Source: Planctomycetota bacterium (lineage in GTDB: Bacteria > Planctomycetota > UBA1135 > UBA2386). From it: a stretch of 64,000 nt of DNA. The notes beneath the pieces are model-generated. The model was not told the origin of the DNA. It made no database searches and saw only the letters and a program-made list of their open reading frames with translations. This document shows, piece by piece, positions 1 through 8,145 of the stretch (position 1 is the first letter of the stretch; each line of letters starts with the position of its first letter). The position numbers were made by a program, and so were the translations under genes. The stretch spans positions 6,496,001-6,560,000 of the forward strand of contig OZ245838.1 in assembly GCA_965228735.1 (NCBI GenBank). The letters are read 5' to 3'.

Positions 1-1
1 G

Positions 2-367
2 GCCACGTCGCCGGAAGAGCTGCTGCGCATGCGCCAGCTGCTCGACACGATCTACCTCGACGACAAGGTCAAGGCCTACATCGTCGACCTCGTGTTCGCG
101 ACGCGCGAGCCGGCGGCCGTCGGCCTCGAGAAGCTGCAGCCCCTGATCCTCTACGGCGCGTCGCCGCGCGCGTCGCTCGCGCTGGCCCGCGCGTCGCGTG
201 CCCGGGCGTTCCTCGAAGGGCGCGGCTTCGTCACGCCGCAGGACGTCAAGGCCGTCGGCGCGATGGTGCTGCGCCACCGCGTGCTCACGACCTACGAGGC
301 CGAGGCCGAGGGGATCACGAGCGAACAGGTGCTGCAGCAGGTCTTCGACACCGTTCCCGTGCCGTAG
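2..367 (+). CDS. MoxR-family AAA+ ATPase, C-terminal part (5' truncated by window)
   Basis: GASPRASLALARASRARAFLEGRGFVTPQDVK...VLRHRV lid motif; frame open from window start; followed by DUF58 and VWA genes. Confidence 0.9.
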   Translation, partial: ATSPEELLRMRQLLDTIYLDDKVKAYIVDLVFATREPAAVGLEKLQPLILYGASPRASLALARASRARAFLEGRGFVTPQDVKAVGAMVLRHRVLTTYEAEAEGITSEQVLQQVFDTVPVP

Positions 368-376
368 CCAGCCGCC

Positions 377-1330
377 GTGACGCGAGCGATCGATCCAGAA
401 CTGCTCGCCGAGGCGCGTCGCATCCAGGTGCGCGCGGATCGCATGGTCACCGACGTGATGTCGGGCGGCTACAGCTCCGTGTTCCGCGGTTCGGGCATCG
501 AGTTCGACGAGGTGCGCGAGTTCGCCGAAGGTGACGAACTGCGCGCCGTCGATTGGAACGTCACGGCCCGCGTCGGACGCCCGTTCGTAAAGAAGTTCGT
601 CGAGGAGCGCGAGCTCACGGTGCTGTTCCTGCTCGACGTTTCCGCGTCGATGGCGTTCGGCAGCAACCCGCGCGGCATCGAACGGCGCACGGTCGCGCAG
701 ACCGCGGCGCTGTTCGTCGGGTGCGTCGCGTTCGCCGCGGCGCGCAACAACGACAAGGCCGGGCTCATCCGCTTCGGCAGCGAGATCGAGCAGTACGTGC
801 CGGCCAAGAAGGGGCGCAACCACGTGCTGCGGCTGATCCGCGAGGCGTGCGAACCGCCGCTCGCGCAGGTCACGACCGACATCGACGCGGCACTCGATTA
901 CACGAGCCGGGTGCAGCGACGGCACGCGATCGTGTTCGTCGTGAGCGACTTCTTCGGCGGCGGCGACCCCGAGTCGGCCTACGGCCAGAAGCTGCGGCTG
1001 CTCGCGCGGCGGCACGACGCGATCGCCGTGCGCGTGCGCGACCCGTTCGCCGGTGGCGTCGATCCCGCGACGGGCGAGGTGCCGGAGCTGCCCAAGGTCG
1101 GGCTGCTCGCGGTGGCCGATCCCGAAACCGGGACGCGCGTCGAGGTCGACACGAGCAGCCGCGCGGTGCGGCGCGACGTGCGCGCGGCGTGGCAGCGCGA
1201 ACGTGAGGCGCTCGACGCGCTCTGCCGGCGCTCCGGCGTCGACCTGCTCGACGTGCCGACGAGCGGCTCGGTCGTCGATCCGCTCGTGCGGTTCTTCCGG
1301 ATGCGCGAGCTGCGGGGGGCGAAGCGGTGA
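377..1330 (+). CDS. DUF58 domain protein
   Basis: FRGSGIEFDEVREF..GD..R.VDWNVTAR and LDVSASM motifs; directly after MoxR. Confidence 0.92.
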   Translation: MTRAIDPELLAEARRIQVRADRMVTDVMSGGYSSVFRGSGIEFDEVREFAEGDELRAVDWNVTARVGRPFVKKFVEERELTVLFLLDVSASMAFGSNPRGIERRTVAQTAALFVGCVAFAAARNNDKAGLIRFGSEIEQYVPAKKGRNHVLRLIREACEPPLAQVTTDIDAALDYTSRVQRRHAIVFVVSDFFGGGDPESAYGQKLRLLARRHDAIAVRVRDPFAGGVDPATGEVPELPKVGLLAVADPETGTRVEVDTSSRAVRRDVRAAWQREREALDALCRRSGVDLLDVPTSGSVVDPLVRFFRMRELRGAKR

Positions 1331-2343
1331 GGCGGCTCTCCGTGATGACGAGCCTGCTGCTGTTCGCCGCGCTTTCGCTGCCGTCGTGCGGCGGTCCCGG
1401 CGCCTCGCCGTGGGCGAAGACGGCCGGCAGCGGCGCGCCCGCCGCCGCGCTCGACCTCGTTGCCACGGTCTCGGCCGACGAGGTCGCCCTGCTGCAGCCG
1501 GTGTACGTCACCCTCGACCTGTTCCGGCGTAGCGACCTCGAGGTCGAGTTCGATCCCGAGGTCGACGGCGACCAGTTCGCGAGCGAACGCAAGGACCACC
1601 CGGCCGTGCCGCTCGGCGACGGGCTGTGGCAGCGCACCGTGCTCACGCTGCGGCCGATCGCGGCACCCGGCGAGCTCGAGATCCCGGCGTTCGTGGCCAA
1701 GGCCGTCGACGGTTCGGTCGACGCGCGCACCGAACCCGTGCGCCTCGTCGTCACGTCGGTGCTCGACGGGCACGGAGAAGCGCTCGAGGCCCCCGGCGCG
1801 CCGTTCCCGCCGCCGCCGCGTTGGCCGCTGTATCTCGGTCTCGGCCTCGCAACTCTGCTGGTGCTCGGTGGGCTCGTGTTCTTCCTCCGCCGGCGCGCGG
1901 GCGACCGGACGATGGGTGACGCGATCGCCGTCCCGCCCCACGTCACGGCGCTGCGCGCGCTCGAACGGCTGCGCGAGGCGCCGCGTCGGACCCCGGCCGA
2001 GGTCGAGGCGTTCTACGTCGACGTCTCCGACGTGCTGCGCCAGTACCTCGAGGCGCGCTTCGGGCTGCGCGCGCCCGAGAGCACGACCGAGGAGTTCCTG
2101 CGCGATCTCGAGGCCGGCGACGCGCTCGCGCGCGAGCACCAGAGCGAACTGCAGCGCTTCCTCACGCAGTGCGACCTCGTGAAGTTCGCGCGGCACCAGC
2201 CGGGCGAAGCGGATCACGTCGCGATGTTCGAGATCGCGGAGTCGTTCGTCGAGACGACGCGCGCGGACCGCGGCCGCGGCGCGGCTGGCGTCACAGGTGC
2301 GGTGCCGGGCGAACGCGCGTCGACCGAGGAGGTGCCCGCATGA
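1327..2343 (+). CDS. Bat-operon membrane/lipoprotein accessory protein
   Basis: Signal/lipobox-like N-terminus, one TM, C-terminal LRQYLEARFG..A.E.TT.EF..CDLVKFA typical of the gene between DUF58 and batA; GTGA overlap. Confidence 0.75.
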   Translation: MRRLSVMTSLLLFAALSLPSCGGPGASPWAKTAGSGAPAAALDLVATVSADEVALLQPVYVTLDLFRRSDLEVEFDPEVDGDQFASERKDHPAVPLGDGLWQRTVLTLRPIAAPGELEIPAFVAKAVDGSVDARTEPVRLVVTSVLDGHGEALEAPGAPFPPPPRWPLYLGLGLATLLVLGGLVFFLRRRAGDRTMGDAIAVPPHVTALRALERLREAPRRTPAEVEAFYVDVSDVLRQYLEARFGLRAPESTTEEFLRDLEAGDALAREHQSELQRFLTQCDLVKFARHQPGEADHVAMFEIAESFVETTRADRGRGAAGVTGAVPGERASTEEVPA

Positions 2344-3347
2344 TCGCCGCGGCTGCGTCCGCAGTGGGCCCGACCTCCCTGGGCATGTTCGGGATCACGC
2401 TGCTCGACCCGTGGTTCCTGCTCGCGATCCCGCTCGGCCTGCTCGCGGTGCTGTGGCGCGCGCTGCGGCCGCGCGCGGCGCTCATGACGGCGACGACGAG
2501 TCTGTTCGCCGGCGTGCGCCGCACGCTGCGGCAGCGGCTCGCGTGGCTGCCGCTGTTCGGCAAGTTCCTCGCGGTGGTCGCGCTCGGCCTCGCGCTCGCG
2601 CGGCCGGTCGAACGCGAGGTCGTGCCGATCCAGGACCAGGGCATCGACATCCTGCTCGTCGTCGACACGAGCTCGTCGATGACCGTCGAGGACATGAGCG
2701 ACGAGGAGCGGCTCGCGCGCATGACGGCGGCGCGGGCCCGCGCCGAGGAGTTCGCCGGGGCGCGGACCAACGACCGCGTCGGGCTCGTCGCGTTCGCGCG
2801 CTACGCCGAGCTGCGCTGCCCGCTGACGCTCGACGAGGAGGCGCTCGCCGCGTTCCTGCGCGTGCTCGAGGCCGTGCCGATGAACAGCCCGCTGGACGGC
2901 ACCGCGATCGGCACGGCGCTCGCCAAGGCGGCGCAGGTGCTCGAGACGAGCGAGGTCGAATCGCGCGTCGTCGTGCTGCTGACCGACGGCGAGACGACCG
3001 TACGTGACATCGAGCCCGAGGAAGGCGCCAAGCTCTGCAAGGACGCCGGCATCCGCGTGCACACGATCGGTCTCGGGCGCGGCGAGGTGACGCCGTTCGG
3101 CATGCGGCCGCTCGAGTTCAACGACCTGCGCATGATCGCGGACACGACCGGGGGCGAGTTCTTCCAGCCGCGGTCGGACGAGGACCTCGCGGCCGTGTAC
3201 GAACGAATCGACGAGCTCGAAACGAGCGAGCTCGAGGACCCGCGCTACCGCACCGTCGACCGGTTCGAGTATCCGCTCGGCGTCGGGCTGTTGCTGCTGC
3301 TCTTCGCGTTGCTCGGTGAGGTCCTGCTCTTCCGGAGGGTGCCGTGA
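2340..3347 (+). CDS. batA: BatA-like VWA domain protein
   Basis: N-terminal TM with ALARP, MIDAS DTSSSM, DRVGLVAF, GTAIG, LLTDGE; ATGA overlap at 2340. Confidence 0.85.
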   Translation: MIAAAASAVGPTSLGMFGITLLDPWFLLAIPLGLLAVLWRALRPRAALMTATTSLFAGVRRTLRQRLAWLPLFGKFLAVVALGLALARPVEREVVPIQDQGIDILLVVDTSSSMTVEDMSDEERLARMTAARARAEEFAGARTNDRVGLVAFARYAELRCPLTLDEEALAAFLRVLEAVPMNSPLDGTAIGTALAKAAQVLETSEVESRVVVLLTDGETTVRDIEPEEGAKLCKDAGIRVHTIGLGRGEVTPFGMRPLEFNDLRMIADTTGGEFFQPRSDEDLAAVYERIDELETSELEDPRYRTVDRFEYPLGVGLLLLLFALLGEVLLFRRVP

Positions 3348-4366
3348 TCGCGCTCGTCGCAGCGAACGATTCGGCCGGCGACTTCGAGTTCGCGCGGCTG
3401 TGGCTCTGGCCCGGCCTGCTGCTGATGCCGGTCGTCTGGGCGCTGCTCTGGGCGTTGTTCGATTCGTCGGTGCGGGCGGCGAAGCGCTACGGCGTGCAGC
3501 CGACCGATCCGGTCGGTTCGCCGCTCGCGCGGTCGTTGCGCGTCACGCTGCTGCTCGGGCTCGGGCTGCTCTGTTGGATGGATCCGCGCTGGGGCGAGGA
3601 GCCGATTCCCGTCGAACGCCGCGGACTCGACCTGGTGTTCTGCCTCGACACCTCGCGGTCGATGCTCGCGCGCGACATGGACGGCACGCGCCTCGACCGC
3701 GCCGTCGCCGACATCCGCGCGGTCTTGCCGAGCCTCGAGGGCGGCGATCGCGTCGGGCTCGTCGTGTTCGCCGGCACGGCCCGGCTGTGGGTGCCGCTCA
3801 CGCACGATCTCGACTCGTTCCGCGGGCTGCTCGACGAGGTCGACACCGACATCGTCAAGACCGGGGGTACCGACCTCGCGGCGGCGCTGCGCAAGGCGCT
3901 CGCGGTTGCCGAGCCCGACAACGCGACGACGACGGCCGTTCTGCTGCTGACCGACGGCGAGGACCTCGCGGGCGCCGGCCAGCAGGCCGCGACGGAGCTC
4001 GCCGCGGAGGACATCGTCGTCTACTCGATCGGCTACGGCAGCGCGCTCGGGAGCAAGATCACGATCGCTCAGCGCGATGGCACCGAGACGTTCCTGCGCG
4101 ATCAGGAGGGCAACGAGGTCGTCTCGCGCCTCGACCCCGAGAGCCTGCGGGCGCTCGCCAACGTCACGGGCGGGGAGTTCCTCCGGGCCGAGGTGATGGC
4201 GCTGCCGCTCAACCAGATCCATAGCAAGCGCCTGCTGCCGATGGAGAAGCGCAGCTACGACGCGGGTGAGGAGGCCGGCAAACAAGCCCGCTACCAGTGG
4301 GTCCTGCTGCCGCTGCTTCTTCTGCTACTCTTCGAGATCGCGACCGCCGGAGGCCGCCGCCGATGA
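3344..4366 (+). CDS. batB: BatB-like VWA domain protein
   Basis: PRWG, DTSRSMLARD, PLTHD, GGTDL, LLTDGED motifs. Confidence 0.85.
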   Translation: MIALVAANDSAGDFEFARLWLWPGLLLMPVVWALLWALFDSSVRAAKRYGVQPTDPVGSPLARSLRVTLLLGLGLLCWMDPRWGEEPIPVERRGLDLVFCLDTSRSMLARDMDGTRLDRAVADIRAVLPSLEGGDRVGLVVFAGTARLWVPLTHDLDSFRGLLDEVDTDIVKTGGTDLAAALRKALAVAEPDNATTTAVLLLTDGEDLAGAGQQAATELAAEDIVVYSIGYGSALGSKITIAQRDGTETFLRDQEGNEVVSRLDPESLRALANVTGGEFLRAEVMALPLNQIHSKRLLPMEKRSYDAGEEAGKQARYQWVLLPLLLLLLFEIATAGGRRR

Positions 4367-5541
4367 AGACCCCGATCCTGTTGTCCTGTTCGCTCGCGTT
4401 CGTGCTCGCCGGGTCCGGCGATCGCGAGGACGGTCTGGAGCACTACCGCGCCGGCCGTTACCCGGAGGCCGTCGCGGCGTTCCAGCGCGCGATCGCGGCC
4501 GACGAGGAGTCGGCCGAACTGCACTTCAACCTCGCGCTCGCCGCGTGGCGCGCCGGCGACCTCGCGACGGCCGAGGTCGCGGTCGAGAAGTACGCCGCGC
4601 TGTTCTCTGACCCGCGCGCGAGTCTGCACGCGGGGCTGCTCGGCGCCGTGCGGTTCGAGCAGGGCAAGCGGCTCGATGCCCAGGCCGACGCCGCGCTGCA
4701 GGCGCTGCAGCAGCCGGTGGACAACGAACGACAGCCGATGGACCCGCTGCAGCTCCTCGGCCAGGCGCTCGTGAAGGCGCAGCTGGCCAAGCGGCATTTC
4801 GTTCGTGGCGCGACCGAGGAGCGTTCGCCCGAGTGCGTGCGCAACCTCGAGCGCACGCTGCGGTTCATCCAGGAGCTCGAGGACAAGATCGAGCAGCTGA
4901 AGCAGCAGCAGCAGGACAGCGGCGAGGACGGCGAGCAGCAGGAGAAGCAGGACGACGAGTCCGAGAAGCAGGACGAGCAGGGCGACGAGCAGAAGGAGAA
5001 GCAGGAGCAGGGCGAGAAGGGTGAGCAGGAGCAGGGCGAGCCGAAGCCCGATGAGTCTCAGCAGGAGCCCGGCGAGCAGTCCAAGGAACCGCAGCAGTCC
5101 GAGGAGTCGCAGCAGAACCAGAACCAGCAAGGTGAGACGCCGCCCGAGCAGGAGGGCGAGGCCGAGCAGCCGCCAGAACCGCAACGAGCAGAGCCCCAGC
5201 AGGGGGAGCCGCAGGAAGGCAAGCCGGAGGAGCCCGAAGGCCAGAACCCGCAGCAGCAACCGGACCCGCAGGAGACGCCCGAGGGTTCGCCGAGCGGCGA
5301 GCCGGAGGAGTCGAAGGAGCCAGAGCAGGCCGAGCCGCAGCCGAGCCCCGCGGAGCCGGACGGCTCGGAGCAGCCGGCCGAGGGGCGGAGCGACGCGCCC
5401 GGTGAGGGCGTGGCGGGCCGCGCGTTGACGCCCGAGCAGACCCAGCGGTTGCGCGACAAGCTGCAGCAGCTCGAACAGCAGCTGCAGCAGTTGCGGCAGC
5501 GCAGCCGGTCGCGGCGCGGGCGCGTGGAGCGCGACTGGTGA
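4363..5541 (+). CDS. BatC-like TPR protein with long Q/E/P-rich low-complexity region
   Basis: TPR-like HYRAGRYPEA..FNLALA; Q/E-rich tail; ends ERDW like BatC; ATGA overlap at 4363. Confidence 0.75.
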   Translation: MKTPILLSCSLAFVLAGSGDREDGLEHYRAGRYPEAVAAFQRAIAADEESAELHFNLALAAWRAGDLATAEVAVEKYAALFSDPRASLHAGLLGAVRFEQGKRLDAQADAALQALQQPVDNERQPMDPLQLLGQALVKAQLAKRHFVRGATEERSPECVRNLERTLRFIQELEDKIEQLKQQQQDSGEDGEQQEKQDDESEKQDEQGDEQKEKQEQGEKGEQEQGEPKPDESQQEPGEQSKEPQQSEESQQNQNQQGETPPEQEGEAEQPPEPQRAEPQQGEPQEGKPEEPEGQNPQQQPDPQETPEGSPSGEPEESKEPEQAEPQPSPAEPDGSEQPAEGRSDAPGEGVAGRALTPEQTQRLRDKLQQLEQQLQQLRQRSRSRRGRVERDW

Positions 5542-8108
5542 CGGCGCGGAGACGAATCGCGGCGTTCGTCGCGCTGACCCTGGCCGTCGCCTTGCCGGCG
5601 CAGGAGACCCTCGAGCTGCAGGGGCCGACCCCGGCGACGGTCAAACTCGGCGACAGCGCGCAGGTGCTGATCCGCGTCGAAGGGCGCGGCGCCGATCCGC
5701 GCGAGCCCGTGCTGCCGAACGTGCCCGAGCTGGCGATGGACCTGTCCGCGCCCGTGCGCAGCAGCTACTCGTACTACGACGGCCGCACGATGATCGAGCG
5801 GCAGGGCGTGCAGTACCGTCTGCGCCTGACGCCGCAACGCGAAGGCAAGTTCGTCGTTCCGGCGTTCGCGATCTGGACCGGCACGAAGTCGCAGCGCACG
5901 CGGCCGATCGAGCTCACCGCGGTCAAGGACCTGCGCGGGGAGAACCTCGGCTGGGTCGACGTCCGCATCGAGCCGCAGCGGGTCTACGTGCACGAGCCGA
6001 TCCGCATCGAGGCCGCGTTCGGTCTCGATCCCGGCGTCCGCCTCGTGCAGGACGTCTACCGCAACGTGCGCTACCTCGACGTCGAGGTCCAGGCGGCGTG
6101 GCTCACGGACTTCCCGGGCGGCGAACGCATCGAGACCGAGGCGCCGAGCGGCGACCGGCGCGCGATCATCAGCAACCGCGAGCTGTTCCACGCGAGCTTC
6201 GATCCGGGCTTCCGTCGCGACGGCCGCAACTGGCACCGCTACTCGTTCGAGCGCGCGTTCCTGCCGACGCGCACGGGCGTGATCGAGCTGCCCGCACCGA
6301 CCCTGCGCTTCCAGGTCGTGCGCCGCGCCGGGCGCCGGGACATCCTCGGCCGGTCGCGCGGCGCGCAGACCGAGCAGATGTACGTCTACGGTCAGCCGGT
6401 GCGCATCGAGGTGCTGCCGATCCCCGAGGCGGGGCGGCCGACGCCGTACTACGGCGCGGTGGGGCGGTTCTCGATCACGGCCGAACTCGATCGCAATCAG
6501 GTCAAGGTCGGCAGCTCGGTCAAGCTGCAGATCACCGTGCGCGGCGCGGGCAACCTCGAGTTCCTGCGCATGCCCGAGGTCGAGGAGCTGCCGGGCTTCC
6601 ACAAGCTCGGCCAGGCCGAGGCGCAGCGCGATGCCGACAAGGTCGTCGTCACCTACGATCTCACGCCGACGTCCGCGGACGTCACGGCCGTGCCGCCGAT
6701 CGCGTGGAACTACTTCGACACGACCCCGGGCGTCGAGGCGTTCGTCGAGGTCGCCACGCCGGAGCTCGCGCTCGACGTGCAGCCGCTGCCCGAGGGCGAG
6801 ACCCTCACGGCGCTGCCCGAGGACGTCGCGGCTCCCGTCACGCCTGGCGTCGACGACATCTTCGACCTGCCCGACCTGAGCGGGCCGCCGGCGCTCGCGG
6901 ATGCGCGCGCGCCATGGCTCGGATGGCTCGCGGCGCTCGGCCCGTGGCTCGCCGTGCTGCTCGGCCTCGGGTTCGCCTCGGCGTTGCGGCGCCGGCGCGC
7001 GGACGTCACCGGGCAGCGCGAACGCGCGGCGCTGCGCAACTGCCGCCAGGCGCTGCAGTCCGGCGCGGATCCGGGCGACGCGCTCGCGGGGTATCTCGGT
7101 GACCGGCTCGACGTGCCGGCCGCGGCCGTCGTGCGGCCGTCGTTGCGCGACGATCTGGTGCGCACCGGTCTCGACTCCGCGCTCGCCGAGGAAGTGAGTG
7201 TGGCGATCGAGAGATCGACCGCCGCGCGCTACGGCGGTGGCGGCGGCCTGCAGCAAAGCGAGGTCGAGGCGCTCGTCGCGAGGCTCGAGAACGCGACGAT
7301 CGAACGTTCGCAGTGGGCGGGTCTGATGCCGATCGTGTTCGTGCTCGCGACCGGGTTCGCGCCCGGTGGTGTGCTCGTCGCGCAGGAATCTGTCGTGCAG
7401 GGGGCTGGCTCGCTGGCGCCGGCCTCGCCGCCCTCGCCGGGGACGGCTGGCGCGACTGCCGGCGCGAGCGCGGCGGTCGCGGCCTACCGCGCGGGTGACT
7501 ATCAACGCGCGGACGAGCTATTTGCCGCGGCCTACGAGCGCACGGGGGACCGGCGACTGCTGCGCGCTCGCGGCAACGCGCTCTACCGGCTGCAGGATCT
7601 GCCGCGCGCGCTCTGGGCCTACAAGGCGGCGCGGCTCGGCGCGCCGCGCGATCCCGAACTGCTGCGCAACATCGCGCTCGTCGAGCAACAGCTCGAGGTG
7701 CAGGAAGCCGCGGGCGGTTTCGCCGCCGAACTCGATCGGCTGCGCGCGCGCCTGTCACCCGGCGAGCGCATCGCGCTGCTCGCGGGGTTCATGTTCGGCG
7801 CCGCGTTGTGTCTGGTGCTCGGCCGGCGCCGCATGGGCTGGCGCTGGGTCGGGGCCCTGTTGCTGCTGCCCGGCGCGTGGCTCGCGGCCGAGGTGCTGTG
7901 GTTCGATGCGGTGCGCGCGCCGCGGGCCGTCGCGCTGCAGGAGCTCGCGATCACGAGCGAGCCGCGGGCGGACCTCGAAGCGGTCGCGACGGCCCGGCCC
8001 GGCGTCACCGTCGAGGTGCTCGGCGGCACGAGCGGCCGTTTCGTGCGCGTCGCTGCCGGCGAACGGTCGGGATATGTGCCGCGCGAACTGATTGCCGTGA
8101 TCGACTGA
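5538..8108 (+). CDS. BatD-like protein fused to BatE-like TPR/SH3 module
   Basis: BatD repeats (GAVGRF, G.GNL, YFD); C-terminal TPR (YRAGDY..GNALYR) plus SH3-like end (SGYVP). Confidence 0.75.
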   Translation: MTARRRIAAFVALTLAVALPAQETLELQGPTPATVKLGDSAQVLIRVEGRGADPREPVLPNVPELAMDLSAPVRSSYSYYDGRTMIERQGVQYRLRLTPQREGKFVVPAFAIWTGTKSQRTRPIELTAVKDLRGENLGWVDVRIEPQRVYVHEPIRIEAAFGLDPGVRLVQDVYRNVRYLDVEVQAAWLTDFPGGERIETEAPSGDRRAIISNRELFHASFDPGFRRDGRNWHRYSFERAFLPTRTGVIELPAPTLRFQVVRRAGRRDILGRSRGAQTEQMYVYGQPVRIEVLPIPEAGRPTPYYGAVGRFSITAELDRNQVKVGSSVKLQITVRGAGNLEFLRMPEVEELPGFHKLGQAEAQRDADKVVVTYDLTPTSADVTAVPPIAWNYFDTTPGVEAFVEVATPELALDVQPLPEGETLTALPEDVAAPVTPGVDDIFDLPDLSGPPALADARAPWLGWLAALGPWLAVLLGLGFASALRRRRADVTGQRERAALRNCRQALQSGADPGDALAGYLGDRLDVPAAAVVRPSLRDDLVRTGLDSALAEEVSVAIERSTAARYGGGGGLQQSEVEALVARLENATIERSQWAGLMPIVFVLATGFAPGGVLVAQESVVQGAGSLAPASPPSPGTAGATAGASAAVAAYRAGDYQRADELFAAAYERTGDRRLLRARGNALYRLQDLPRALWAYKAARLGAPRDPELLRNIALVEQQLEVQEAAGGFAAELDRLRARLSPGERIALLAGFMFGAALCLVLGRRRMGWRWVGALLLLPGAWLAAEVLWFDAVRAPRAVALQELAITSEPRADLEAVATARPGVTVEVLGGTSGRFVRVAAGERSGYVPRELIAVID

Positions 8109-8145
8109 GCACGAGGGCGCAGCGTGCCGGTTACGTTCGTGGGCG

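Noticed and set aside
4900..5400. Repeat element in the Q/E-rich stretch
   Set aside because: Low-complexity coding linker usual for BatC-like proteins.
5058..7505. Long antisense ORFs (also 8131-10422, 15789-18248, 20052-22178, 42570-44921, 56565-59327)
   Set aside because: Shadow frames of real high-GC genes; Arg/Ala-rich with no motifs.
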